A stretch of DNA of 64,000 nucleotides, taken from assembly GCA_052168235.1 (NCBI GenBank), contig JBQLZK010000008.1, forward strand, positions 32,001-96,000. The letters are read 5' to 3'. Source of the DNA: Thainema sp. (GTDB taxonomy: Bacteria > Cyanobacteriota > Cyanobacteriia > Phormidesmidales > Phormidesmidaceae). The notes below the pieces were generated by a model. The model did not search any database. It saw only the letters and a program-made list of their open reading frames with translations, and was not told the DNA's origin. This document shows, piece after piece, positions 31,401 to 41,088 of the stretch (within the stretch, counting starts at the first letter, position 1; the number at the start of each line of letters is the position of its first letter). The position numbers and the translations under genes were made by a program.

Positions 31401-31637
31401 GATGTAGCGCAGTCCCTCAACCCCGTTGATTTCCCGCTCCAGGATATTAGTCACGGCTTCTTCAACCGTCTGGGCATCAGCACCAATATAGTTGGCCGTG
31501 ACGGAAACCTGTTTGGGGCTGATATCGGGATACTGGGCAACTGGTAGCGTCGGAATGCTAACCACTCCAATCAGCAGCACAATCAAGGCGCAAACGGTGG
31601 TGAAAACTGGGCGTTTGATGAAGTAGTCAACAAACAT
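28410..31637 (-). CDS. RND efflux permease (HAE1/AcrB family)
   Basis: Motifs FIKRPVF, VAQYPDI, GMVVDDAIVVVENV, KNSILIVEFA and RLRPILMT. Confidence 0.96.
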   Translation of the reverse strand: MFVDYFIKRPVFTTVCALIVLLIGVVSIPTLPVAQYPDISPKQVSVTANYIGADAQTVEEAVTNILEREINGVEGLRYITSNSTNSGVSNITVTFDATRDQDIAAVDVQNRVSVAEAQLPEAVTRTGISVSKQSSSLLMGFGLFSDDGEYDSTFLSNYADLYIVDELKRVNGVGNVQIFGERRYAMRLWLDPNRLAARNLTAQDVTNALREQNIQIGAGRIGQQPSDQPFQIDVRAESRLESVEEFEDIIIATSESGALTQLKDVGRVELGAEDYSSFLRFRGNEAVGLGINQIPGSNALDVARGVRARMAELAADFPPGMQYDIGFDTTDYVEQSLSEVVWTLLAAVGLVVAVIFIFLQDWRTTVIPAVTIPISLIGTFFFVRIFGFSINSLTLFGLTLATGMVVDDAIVVVENVAAKIEQGMHPRKAAIVAMRELTGAVIATSLVLMAVFIPVAFFPGTTGALYRQFALTIAFAIAVSTFNALTLTPTLSGLLLRRNPPRHGWVGRIFDAFNHFLDAVRNGYGRILELLVRIKSVVIGVFALLLLCTFWIYTSVPSAFLPDEDQGYFITIVQGPEGVSLNYTRDVMEQIEQILLPLDEVRATFAVGGFSFGGGTANSGIVFTTLTPWSERKDPDQSAQAIINRVRGPLMGLTDARVLPVNPPSIQGLGSFGGFQFQLQDRRGVDIQTLVQNMGALLGAANQNPNLQNVFSTYAANTPQLLVEVNRDRAKSLGVNVDDIFSTLQIYLGSQFVNNFNLGRRTYRVYVQADEPFRSNPDDINQLYVRSSEGQMIPMANLVTVTSTTGAQTINHYNLFRSIEINGQAAPGASSGTAIQAMEQVAAQVLPPSLGYEWSGTSLEEIESGGQAPIIFGLGLVLVFLVLAAQYESYVDPTIIMFAVPLAVLGALIAQSLRGFSNDVYCQIGLVMLIGLASKNSILIVEFANQLREQGLSITKAALEAAQQRLRPILMTAISTLSGIFPLVIATGAGAASRQSLGTAVFGGMFISTFLSLFVVPILYIVIKQITNRLSPHRGHHSDYAYDGPSGNGYDNADGQSPDGSSSSSGDPSYSEEHF

Positions 31638-31744
31638 AGAACTTATGAATAAAACGTAGATACAGTGGAATCGAAACTATCGAAATGCAGGGACTGCCCG
31701 ATTCATTATTCCTCTATGGAAGTCCGGTACATCACGGCGAAAGC

Positions 31745-33154
31745 TTAGGGAGAGGGCGGTTGTCCCGGCGGTGGAGCTGCACCAGCGGGTTGAATGGGTG
31801 CGCCATCGGTCAGATTGAGAATACCAGACACCACAATGGTTTCACCGGGTTCTAAGCCGCTGATAATTTGATAGTTATCGCCTTGGATATCACCGAGTTC
31901 AACCGCTCGCTGCTGGGCCACAAGCTGAGGCGCTTCACCTGCCGGATTCGCTGCTGCACCACCACCTGTGCCTGCGCCGCCTAACTCAGCATTACTCTCT
32001 GGGCTACTTTCTGGGGACTGAGCCACAAAGACAAATGCCTGATTGCCCAGACGGGAAACTGCCGTCACCGGAACTAAAACTCCTGGTTGCTCACGCCAAA
32101 TCACAGTTGCTTCTACCCGCTGATCGTCCTGGAGCAATCCTCCAGCGTTACTAAACTGGGCTTTTGCCAAGATCGACTGAGTGGTTGCATCAACCTGGGG
32201 TGATACAAACCGAATCTGGCCAGTGGCCAGCGGTGTCGTTTCACCTGGTCGCCGAATCTGCACTTCTAATCCAGGCCGTAATCGCTCCCGTTCCTCGACT
32301 GGAATCGACAGATTCAGTTCTAAAGTTTGGTTTTGGGTAATCGTCGTTAGCGGATCACCCGTTTGCACAAATTCCCCTAGCTTGACGGGAATGTCGCCAA
32401 TCATGCCTTCAATGGGGGCTACGATGCGCGTATCTTGAAGATCTTCCTGGGCAGCACTCGCTTGTGCTTGGGCGCGACTGAAGGCAGCCTCGGCTTCAGC
32501 AACAGCGGACTGGGCGGCTGCAACCTGCCGTTCGGCAGCGGTATAAGTGGCTTGAGCCGTATCGCGATCGCGGCGGGCAATATCCAACTGCTGGGCTGAC
32601 TGCGCACCTTCAGACGTGAGATAGGCCGTCCGCTGATAGTCCTGCTGCTGTAGCTCTAAATCCGCTAGAGCACGGGCCTGTTCAGCTTGAGCTGACTGAA
32701 GCTGTGCCTGCGCTGTATTGTATGCCGCACGAGCAGCGCTGACGCTTGCTTCGGCGGCACTGTATTCGGCCTGACTGCGATCAGGGCTCAGTTCCACAAT
32801 CGGATCGCCAGCGGCAACCTCATCACCTGGGACAACAAAGATCTGAGTGACACGACCATCCACTTCAGGTCGCAGCACCACGCCCTGCTGGGCATCGAGA
32901 ACACCCAAAAAGTCAGAGCTGTCCTCAATCGTGCCAGATTGGATCTCTTCCAACTCAACTGGAATGGCCTGTCCCTGCATCATTTGCTGCTGCGGTGGCC
33001 CACCCCGACGTAGAGCAAACAGAGCAATCCCACCGCCACCCAGCAGTAAGACCAGGGCACCTAGCAACCACGGCCATCCCTTTCGCCCAAGCGACTGGAG
33101 CGTGCGCTGGGAGGAATCGCTGGTGGTGGTGGGGTAGGATTGTGAAGACTTCAT
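31745..33154 (-). CDS. RND efflux periplasmic adaptor (AcrA-like)
   Basis: N-terminal TM, lipoyl-like halves (LRPEVDGRV, IVAPIEG) and a long coiled coil; lies upstream of the permease. Confidence 0.93.
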   Translation of the reverse strand: MKSSQSYPTTTSDSSQRTLQSLGRKGWPWLLGALVLLLGGGGIALFALRRGGPPQQQMMQGQAIPVELEEIQSGTIEDSSDFLGVLDAQQGVVLRPEVDGRVTQIFVVPGDEVAAGDPIVELSPDRSQAEYSAAEASVSAARAAYNTAQAQLQSAQAEQARALADLELQQQDYQRTAYLTSEGAQSAQQLDIARRDRDTAQATYTAAERQVAAAQSAVAEAEAAFSRAQAQASAAQEDLQDTRIVAPIEGMIGDIPVKLGEFVQTGDPLTTITQNQTLELNLSIPVEERERLRPGLEVQIRRPGETTPLATGQIRFVSPQVDATTQSILAKAQFSNAGGLLQDDQRVEATVIWREQPGVLVPVTAVSRLGNQAFVFVAQSPESSPESNAELGGAGTGGGAAANPAGEAPQLVAQQRAVELGDIQGDNYQIISGLEPGETIVVSGILNLTDGAPIQPAGAAPPPGQPPSP

Positions 33155-33696
33155 AGCGCAATTCCAATTGAGATAGCGGTTTGTAGATACAAAGTGAACC
33201 AACTAGCAGCAGAGAATATTAATTAACTAACTAGATAGTTATATTAGGTTACTAGCCAAAGGTAGGAAAATACAGTCCGAAACAACCTATATACCCTGGG
33301 ACAACCCATGCCGCTGCCCTTTCGCGAAATAAACTTCTGAAGTCTTAGCCAGTCTTGTATGTCCTGTATTTACAAGCGCTAGATCATCAACAAAACTAAC
33401 GTTTGAAGATTCAGAACGAAAAATGCCTTTGGCCACAATAAGACTTTAAGTATAAGAATTAAGTGTATGGGTGTTTGCCTACTAATACAAGCGAACTACA
33501 ATGTAAAGCCTAACAATTACATAGCTGTTGAGAACGTTATCGAAACTCAAGATTGCCACAATGAAAAGGCTGGCTTGAATCGAAAACTTTTGTTAAGTAT
33601 TGCCTGATTTTAACAGAATCCTCTAAGAGATCACGTAGCGCTGATCTCTTCCTTTAGACAGACTTACGTCAACTCAGCGGCAAGATCTCAAAATTT

Positions 33697-34437
33697 TCAT
33701 TTCGACTTACCGCGCAACAAGCGAGCTACTAGCCCCGGACTGAACCGATGCAGCCACTCCTGCATGTGCATCATACCGACAGGGATATGCTCATGATTGT
33801 GCTTCATAGCATGCAAAAGCGCCTCAGCCACCTCATCGGGATGGATTTTCCAGCCGCCCCGCCCTTGTGTCATTGCCGTATCGACTAGCGGTGGAATCAG
33901 TTCAAATACCTGAATGGGAGAGTTTTCGAGCTGATAGCGGAGTGCATGGGTGAAGTTCTTGAGGGCGGCTTTGGTGGCAGAGTAAACGGGGGCAGACTGC
34001 TTCGGACTTTGAGCCACCGCTGACGTGACATTAATAATGGCCGCCGCCGATTGCAGGCGTAACAGCGGAATGAACTGGTGACAGAGCTGAAGCGGCGCGA
34101 GAAAGTTCACTAGAATTTCTTCCCGCATACGATTCATCGTGGTGGTTTCCGTCCCGAACTGGCACTGGAACTGAACGGCGGCGTTATTCACCAGCACATT
34201 CAGATTGGGATAGGAATCGGCTACGGTCGCGACCATTTTTTGCACCGCATCTGCATGGCCTAAATCGCAACAAAATGGGATTAATTCTGGATAGTCTTGG
34301 CTTGTAGCCTGCAACTGGGTTGGATCTCTGTCAACAATGATTACCTTGTTGTCGTGCTGCAAAAACGCAAGTGCGATCGCACGGCCAATGCCAGCCGCTC
34401 CTCCGGTAATTAGAACTGTGTTGCCTTTGATTTGCAC
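33697..34437 (-). CDS. Short-chain dehydrogenase/reductase (DltE-like)
   Basis: Motifs ITGGAAGIG, VNNA, YSATKAA and PPLVDT. Confidence 0.9.
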   Translation of the reverse strand: MQIKGNTVLITGGAAGIGRAIALAFLQHDNKVIIVDRDPTQLQATSQDYPELIPFCCDLGHADAVQKMVATVADSYPNLNVLVNNAAVQFQCQFGTETTTMNRMREEILVNFLAPLQLCHQFIPLLRLQSAAAIINVTSAVAQSPKQSAPVYSATKAALKNFTHALRYQLENSPIQVFELIPPLVDTAMTQGRGGWKIHPDEVAEALLHAMKHNHEHIPVGMMHMQEWLHRFSPGLVARLLRGKSK

Positions 34438-34545
34438 AATAGTTGGTCACTCGCTTCAGAAAATGGGTTGATGGTGGGTTGAGTTATCTCGGTAGCAGGA
34501 CGGGATTGGTAGAGTTGATGGTCGTATCGGACGAACAACCTCCCT

Positions 34546-36018
34546 TCAAGTCCGTCCCACGGCTTGGTTATAGATGCGCTCATTGGCTTTAACGGACTGC
34601 TGTAAGTTCACGACCGGATTGGGATAATCCACTCCCAGCGTTACGCCATAGCGTTTTTGCTCTTCGCGGCTCAGCGTCCAGGGTTCATGCACCTTGTTGG
34701 CCGGAACCTCAGTCAACTCCGGTAGCCAATGTTTCACGTATATGCCCTTGGCATCGTACTTGCTGGCCTGCACCGGAATGTTGAAATAGCGAAATCCCCG
34801 CGCATCGTTGCCGACTCCCGCAGTGTAGTTCCAGTTTCCATAGTTACTACAAACGTCGTAATCGATCAGTAATGATTCGAACCACTCGGCCCCCATGCGC
34901 CAGTCAATCCCCAGATTTTTGGTCAGGAAGCTGGCGACGTTTTGCCGTCCGCGATTCGACATAAAGCCCGAAACCTTCAGCTCTCGCATATTGGCATCCA
35001 CCAGCGGAATACCCGTTGTGCCGTTCTGCCAGCGCTCGAATCGCTCCCAGTCCTGCTGCCAAGGAATTGAGATGCCTTGCAGCCCCGATGGATAAAAAAT
35101 GCGATCGCGGTGTTTGGCGCAAATAAACCGAAAATAGTCCCGCCATAACAATTCGAACACCAGCCAGTACGTAGACTGATTGCGGGTTCGTTGCTCCTCA
35201 TACTCCTGCACCTGGTCGTGAATATAGCGGGGCGACAAGCAGCCCATTGCCAGCCAAGGTGAGAACTTGGACGAATAGTCGGCTCCCAACATGCCGTTGC
35301 GGGTTTCCTTATACCGCTTCAGGTGATCGCCCTGCCAAAAGTAGTCGTGCAGACGCCGCATACCAGCGGTTTCACCACCCTCGAAGACCATCACCGATCG
35401 CGGATCGGGTTCGGCAGGTTCTAAACCCAAATCAGCGAGCGTCGGAATCTCACCGACAGTTAAATCTTCAGGTAACGGGGGCAACTGCTCAGGCGTCGGC
35501 AGCGCCACGTTAATCGTCGCATCCTTTTCCACTGCCTTGCGAAACTGAGTAAACACTTCCGGGATGCGAGGAATCGGAAACGGCAAATCATCTGGATGAT
35601 AGAGTGTTGCGCCCCAGTAGCCGACCAGCTTAGTGACCAGCGGCTCCAGCGCGTCTTTTAGCCCATGCTCAACTGCCAGTTCTTCCGCCGTTACCTCTCG
35701 GTGATAGTAAACGGCATCAACTTGATGAGCTTTAACCAGTTTGGGAATGACTGTTTCCGGCTGACCCTGCTGCACAATCAGGTTGCTACCCCGTGACTGG
35801 AGCGACTGCCTTAAATTCGTCAAGCTCTCGATTAAAAAACGCGCTCGGTGAGCACCCGTCTTGGGAAAGCCAAAGGAAGTCTGCTCAAAATGGCGGGGGT
35901 CAACGCAATATAGTGGCAGAACCTGCGCCCTTGAATCTACGGCATCATATAGCGGCTCGTGATCATGCAGTCTTAGATCATTACGAAACCAAATTAGAAC
36001 TGTTTTCCCCACGGTCAA
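34546..36018 (-). CDS. cry: DASH family cryptochrome
   Basis: Motifs WFRNDLRLHD, YKETRNGM, SSKFSPWLA, ELLWRDYF, MSNRGRQNVASF and GVGNDAR. Confidence 0.93.
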   Translation of the reverse strand: MTVGKTVLIWFRNDLRLHDHEPLYDAVDSRAQVLPLYCVDPRHFEQTSFGFPKTGAHRARFLIESLTNLRQSLQSRGSNLIVQQGQPETVIPKLVKAHQVDAVYYHREVTAEELAVEHGLKDALEPLVTKLVGYWGATLYHPDDLPFPIPRIPEVFTQFRKAVEKDATINVALPTPEQLPPLPEDLTVGEIPTLADLGLEPAEPDPRSVMVFEGGETAGMRRLHDYFWQGDHLKRYKETRNGMLGADYSSKFSPWLAMGCLSPRYIHDQVQEYEEQRTRNQSTYWLVFELLWRDYFRFICAKHRDRIFYPSGLQGISIPWQQDWERFERWQNGTTGIPLVDANMRELKVSGFMSNRGRQNVASFLTKNLGIDWRMGAEWFESLLIDYDVCSNYGNWNYTAGVGNDARGFRYFNIPVQASKYDAKGIYVKHWLPELTEVPANKVHEPWTLSREEQKRYGVTLGVDYPNPVVNLQQSVKANERIYNQAVGRT

Positions 36019-36335
36019 TTTCTATTGCGACAACTCCATCCGCTAAGCACAAGCAATAGCTAATTATTAAGATATGATACATTTCTTGATTTTTCATCAC
36101 ATCAGTCGCGAGGTGCATAATTAATCAGTTTGCTGTGACAGCCGCAAAATTGGAGCTTAAACGAGCGTATCCGCAGACTGATAAATTGGATGTAAATACT
36201 ATCTACCAGGGAGTTCAGCACACAGACGCAGCGGTTTAGTTGTGTCGCTTTGGCTTCCTGTCTATAGCGCTGCTTTGGTTCCGGATGCCGTTGCTAGAGT
36301 CAGAGTAGATAATTATTGATTTCCCTTGGTCTCCC

Positions 36336-36995
36336 ATGAAAGCTCAACCGATTTTGCTGGGTGTTGCGATCGCAGGTATAGCGGTCTCAGTTGGATATTT
36401 GTCTTTGAGCAAACAAGCTCCCTCTTCATTGGATAGTCCGGGGCCAACTGCGATCGCAACGGATGCTGCACCCGCATCAAGCTCAGCTGCTGATGTGGCG
36501 GTGGCTGACGAGGCCAGCGCATCGCCAGCATCTTCGCAACCGTCTAAGACACCATCTACTACCCAATCCGACAGAACGTCAGACAGCGCATCAGACAGTG
36601 CAAGCTCACAAGCTGGGACACAGGCTGGCGCAATCGAACCAAAATTCGATGCTTCTACGGGGGACAACGACGTTGCAGCTCTGCCATCTTGTAGTGACGC
36701 TGTCACGCAGACCGACATGAATATCTGTGCCCATCAATCCTATGAAGCGGTTGATGTTGAACTGAATCAGACTTATCAGGCACTCACACAAGAACTCAAT
36801 GCTCCTGAACAGGAACTGCTGACGGATGCAGAACTGGCCTGGATTGAATATCGTGATAATACCTGTGAACTCGAAGCTGCACCCTATGAAGGTGGCACGA
36901 TTCAGCCGCTGATTTACTCGCAGTGTCTGACCCGGATGACCGAAAACCGGACGGCGGAACTGCAGGCCCATCTAGATGAAATCAATTCCCGCTAA
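36336..36995 (+). CDS. LprI/DUF1311 lysozyme-inhibitor-like protein
   Basis: C...TQTDMNICA...ELNQTY...AWIEYRD..C...CL..MT..R pattern; Ser/Ala-rich linker. Confidence 0.85.
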   Translation: MKAQPILLGVAIAGIAVSVGYLSLSKQAPSSLDSPGPTAIATDAAPASSSAADVAVADEASASPASSQPSKTPSTTQSDRTSDSASDSASSQAGTQAGAIEPKFDASTGDNDVAALPSCSDAVTQTDMNICAHQSYEAVDVELNQTYQALTQELNAPEQELLTDAELAWIEYRDNTCELEAAPYEGGTIQPLIYSQCLTRMTENRTAELQAHLDEINSR

Positions 36996-37071
36996 ATTGT
37001 CAGCTCATTCGCTGATCAATAAAGTCCCCATTACTCAACACCTAGTTCGTTTTCCTGGAGATTGATCAACT

Positions 37072-37998
37072 ATGTCTCGCCATTCTGTGAAATTCATGAG
37101 TCTAATTGCGGCGGCGCTGATGACTGGGGTTGTGGGTTGCAATGCTCCGTCGTCGGATTCCGCGTCTACCGACACATCGAATACGACTGAAACCGAGCAG
37201 GTGGATGCGGTGAATGCCACAGATGAAACAGATGAGACGGATGAGACAGGTGCGATCGCATCTTCTGCTGAATCATCTCAATCAGGAACCGACGCAGCGT
37301 CCAGCCAAACCGCCAATGCATCAAATTCACTCAAAGCTGGCCAATACTGCTACGAAGCCGAGACAGATGATGTATCCGGAGTTGTACGCTTGACGGTAAA
37401 TTCGGATCGAACCGTAAGTGGTGATAGTCAGGCTAGCATCCACAATGAAGAAGCAGGCTATTACAGCTCCTATCGGCAAGATTTTGCGGGAACGCTAGAC
37501 GGCAATCAGCTTGATTTGGATGTGACGACCTGGATTGAGTATGACGTGCAGAATGAACAGCAAACCTGGACAGCCTCGGCCCAGCAGCTTGACGATACCA
37601 GCAACGTTTATAGTCCGGTAGACTGTGAGCTGGTGCAAAATCTATTTGTCAATGCCGATGGTCTAGAGGCCGAAGACCTGACGGCTTATGCAACTGCAGT
37701 ACATGAGCATCGAGTTCAGTTCCCGACTGGCAGTACGTCCACAACTGTGGAACGTGGCGTTGTTCGGGCTGAGCGGGATGTGCTACTGCTCGGTGCTCAG
37801 GGCGGTCAGGAGATGACGCTGGATATCTCGTCTCTAGAAGACAATGCCGCGTTTGATGTTGTTTCGCCCAGTGGCCAAATTATGGTGACAGAAAGCACTA
37901 GCGAGCAATTATTCCTACCGGAAACCGGTGATTACAAAGTCATCGTCGGTTCAACGCGCGGCAATACCAGCTATCAGCTCTACATCGAGATTGATTAG
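37072..37998 (+). CDS. Putative lipoprotein with a C-terminal PPC-like domain
   Basis: Lipobox VVGC; acidic linker with TDE x3; A..GQ.M...LP.TGDY.V.V pattern. Confidence 0.7.
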   Translation: MSRHSVKFMSLIAAALMTGVVGCNAPSSDSASTDTSNTTETEQVDAVNATDETDETDETGAIASSAESSQSGTDAASSQTANASNSLKAGQYCYEAETDDVSGVVRLTVNSDRTVSGDSQASIHNEEAGYYSSYRQDFAGTLDGNQLDLDVTTWIEYDVQNEQQTWTASAQQLDDTSNVYSPVDCELVQNLFVNADGLEAEDLTAYATAVHEHRVQFPTGSTSTTVERGVVRAERDVLLLGAQGGQEMTLDISSLEDNAAFDVVSPSGQIMVTESTSEQLFLPETGDYKVIVGSTRGNTSYQLYIEID

Positions 37999-38152
37999 CA
38001 GTATTAATTAGCAGTTCAACTGAGACGTAATTGAGGCGTGATTGAGATATCATCCACATTGCCTGATCAGCGCCACCTGCAAACTGTCTCCTGCGAATTC
38101 TATTGGCCAAGCGCTAGAGCTATAGTAATGGACGAGTGCTCTAGCCAGAACC

Positions 38153-39280
38153 ATGAACTTTCAGATCCAGCCCGTCACCACCCCCGAAGACATTGAGCAA
38201 TTTCTCGACGTGCCTGCTCGTGTCTATGCCAACGATCCCAACTGGATCGCCCCCATTCGCAGCAGCGAGGCCAAAAAGCTCGCGCCGGATAACCCGTTTT
38301 TGTCCTATGGCAAACTGCAAGCCTTTATGGCGCTGGCAGACGGAGAACCCATTGGCCGAGTTGTAGCGGCTGTCAATCAGCGGCTAATTGAAGTGGAGAA
38401 AAAGCCATTGGGCTTGTTTGGCTTTTTCGAGTGCATCAATCAGTTCGAAGTGGCACAAGCCTTATTGAATGCCGCGACTGACTGGCTGCGAGAACAGGGT
38501 ATGGCGGAAGTCCGTGGCCCGATTGATCTATCGACACACAACGACTGCTTATTTTTGGTAGACGGATTTGATACGCCGCCGCTGGTGATGATGCCCTATA
38601 ATCCGCCCTATTATCCAGAATTTATGGAAAAAATGGGCTGGCACAAGGCAAAAGATGCCTATGCCTATGATTTCCCGCTGGATGAGGGCCTGCCGTCAAA
38701 ATTTGAGAAAGCCTATCGTATTGCCAAACAGTCAGGTGTTACGTTCCGGCCACTCAATATCAAGGGCAAAGCCTTTGAGCAAGATGCGCGGTCGCTCTAT
38801 CGGCTGTTTACGGAAGCCTTTGCCAACAACTGGAGTTCCACACCACGCACCGAAGAAGAGTTTTTAGAGGAAGCAAAAGACCTCCAGCAGCTTGTCGATC
38901 CCGATTTGTTCCCGATCGCAGAAGTGAATGGCAAAATGGTGGGCTTTTTTATGGGCTTGCCGGACTACAACATTGCCCTGAAGCGGCTCAACGGCAAGTT
39001 CAACTGGTGGGGCATCCTCAAGTTCCTCTGGTATCGTCGCCAAATTGATCAAGGACGCGTGATTGCGATTTGTTCACTGCCGGAATATCGGCGGAAAATG
39101 GTGCCGCTAGCGCTGATTTATTTGGGTATGCAGGGCGGCATCAAGAAAGGCAAACCCTATAAACGGGCCGAACTCTCCTGGGTTTGGGAAGACAACATGC
39201 CCTCGCGCCGCTTAATCGAGGCATCCGGCGGAAAGTGGTACAAGACCTATCGAATCTACGAAAAATCGCTGTCAGAATAG
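38153..39280 (+). CDS. GNAT-fold N-acyltransferase, YghO/bCerS-like
   Basis: Motifs VY..DPNWIAP, FGFFEC, MPYNPPYY, LPDYN, ELSWVWEDN and YKTYRIYEK. Confidence 0.75.
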   Translation: MNFQIQPVTTPEDIEQFLDVPARVYANDPNWIAPIRSSEAKKLAPDNPFLSYGKLQAFMALADGEPIGRVVAAVNQRLIEVEKKPLGLFGFFECINQFEVAQALLNAATDWLREQGMAEVRGPIDLSTHNDCLFLVDGFDTPPLVMMPYNPPYYPEFMEKMGWHKAKDAYAYDFPLDEGLPSKFEKAYRIAKQSGVTFRPLNIKGKAFEQDARSLYRLFTEAFANNWSSTPRTEEEFLEEAKDLQQLVDPDLFPIAEVNGKMVGFFMGLPDYNIALKRLNGKFNWWGILKFLWYRRQIDQGRVIAICSLPEYRRKMVPLALIYLGMQGGIKKGKPYKRAELSWVWEDNMPSRRLIEASGGKWYKTYRIYEKSLSE

Positions 39281-39282
39281 AA

Positions 39283-39329
39283 GTTCTGTTTGTGAAAGCT
39301 TGGCTCAGCCAAGCTTTCACAAACAGAAC
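39283..39329. repeat. Perfect 22-bp-arm palindrome
   Basis: GTTCTGTTTGTGAAAGCTTGGC-TCA-GCCAAGCTTTCACAAACAGAAC between co-oriented genes. Confidence 0.9.
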
Positions 39330-39364
39330 GGGTTAGTTTTATGAACGGCAATAGGACGGTAGCA

Positions 39365-40354
39365 ATGAAAGCATTAGTCACGGGTGCCAATGGATTCACC
39401 GGATCTCATCTGGTCGAAGCGCTGAATCAGCGGGGCGATCAGGTGGTGGGACTGGTGCGTCAAACCAGTGATTTGTCGCGCTTGCAAGATGCCGAGATTG
39501 AACTGGTCTATGGCGATATCTGCGATCGCGATTCTCTCTTAAAAGCAATGACCGATGTGGACGTGGTGTTTCACATTGCCGCCTATGTGGAATTGGGACT
39601 GGTCAACGAAGCCTATATGGAGCGGGTCAACGTGGAGGGTACTCGTAATGTGCTGGAAGTGGCGCAGTCTCTGCAGATGGAACTAGGCAAACCGACGAAG
39701 CTGGTCTATTGCAGCACAATCGGCATCTATGGCGACACCCAGGGGCAAACGATTGACGAAACCTTTCAGCGCACCCAGACGACCTATTCCTCGGCCTACG
39801 ATCGCACGAAGCTCCAGGCGCAGCAGCTAGTAGATCAGGCGGCACGCAATGGTTTGCCGATTGTCAGCCTGATGCCCGCTGGCATTCTCGGCTCGGATGA
39901 TCCGCACTTTGGGCCAGCGGTGCAGCTTTTCCTCAAGGGTTGGATGAAGTTCTGGCCCGGTGGCGACCGGGTGACGGGCGTGGTGCATGTGGACGATTTG
40001 GTCAGCGCCATGCTGCTGGCGGCGGATAAGGCCCCAGCGGGTGAACACTACATCATCTCGGCGGGTGATTTGACGACGCGAGAAATGTTCCAGTTACTGA
40101 GCCGAGAAACGGGCATTCCCGCACCTAAAGATCCACCAGAAGCTGTCGTGCGCTTCGTAGGCAATGTGCTTGACCCAATTGGCCGCGTTTTCAAGTGGAA
40201 TCCGCCCATCGGTCGCGAACGAGTTCACTATATTTATGATCGCTGCGTGCGCGTAGACGCAAGTAAGGCACGGCGGGAGCTAGACTGGCAACCGCGATCG
40301 GTGGAGGCGTTATTGCAGCAAATTGTCAAAGAAATGCAGGTGGCTAAAAGGTAG
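39365..40354 (+). CDS. NAD-dependent epimerase/dehydratase (extended SDR)
   Basis: Motifs LVTGANGFTG, VFHIAA, YDRTK and VHVDD. Confidence 0.9.
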   Translation: MKALVTGANGFTGSHLVEALNQRGDQVVGLVRQTSDLSRLQDAEIELVYGDICDRDSLLKAMTDVDVVFHIAAYVELGLVNEAYMERVNVEGTRNVLEVAQSLQMELGKPTKLVYCSTIGIYGDTQGQTIDETFQRTQTTYSSAYDRTKLQAQQLVDQAARNGLPIVSLMPAGILGSDDPHFGPAVQLFLKGWMKFWPGGDRVTGVVHVDDLVSAMLLAADKAPAGEHYIISAGDLTTREMFQLLSRETGIPAPKDPPEAVVRFVGNVLDPIGRVFKWNPPIGRERVHYIYDRCVRVDASKARRELDWQPRSVEALLQQIVKEMQVAKR

Positions 40355-40443
40355 GTTGGGTAGAGCAACGCGAAACCCAACAAAAACTCTGTCAACACCC
40401 AAAAACTTGTAAATGTTGGGTTTCATTCTTCAACCCAACCTAC
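40351..40443. repeat. Paired GTAG-type REP (REPIN-like doublet)
   Basis: GTAGGTTGGGTAGAG...AAACCCAACA-spacer-TGTTGGGTTT...AACCCAACCTAC. Confidence 0.8.
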
Positions 40444-40505
40444 AGGATTTGCGATCGCACTGAGACATAGCATCAAAAGCAGCTTCTTCGTCTGCCAGAT
40501 GAGCA

Positions 40506-41088
40506 TCACAAATCATTTACATCAACTACGCTGCCGTATTCTTCGGAATAAACAAACTGCCCCGACGCCAAGCCCTCGGCATATTATTGCTTCAGCCAAT
40601 CCCGAAAGCTGGGCGCAATAAGCTTGCGCTCGTCGTCATCGTGCCACATTGTGATGATTTGTCCGACTTTTCCACCATCAGCCGGGTTCAAATCTAGACA
40701 GTCATGATTTCCTGCACCGTCATGGGTTAGCGGTATCCACTTGTCGCTCCACCAAACGTGGCGAATGCCAGGGTCGGGGTTACTTTCCTGAGTTGGATCA
40801 TGAATTTGGAATTCACCGCTATCTAGCAATTCTTTCCAAACTTGCCATTCATTCCGAATCCGTTCCAGCGACAGAAATTCTCGCCCATTGATCAACCCAT
40901 ATCTATAGGTTGATTGGCCGTTATGAACGTGATAGGAAGCTTTAACATCTTCGGGAAATTGAATAGAGAGAAGATTTTCCAACTCCAGCAATCTGAGCAT
41001 CGGATGCTCCAGGTTGTAGCGTGTCTAATACCTGTGGCGCATTTGCCTGCATCCATTTTTCGATTTGGCTCCAAATGTCTTGCATCAT
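40506..41088 (-). pseudogene. SMI1/KNR4 family protein pseudogene
   Basis: IWSQIEKW...LQPGAS in one frame and ELEN...HNGQ...WIPLTHDGAGNHDCLDL.P...GQII in another (frameshift near 40986); in-frame TAA at 40584-40586 followed by a plausible C-terminus YAEGLASGQFVYSEE. Confidence 0.8.
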
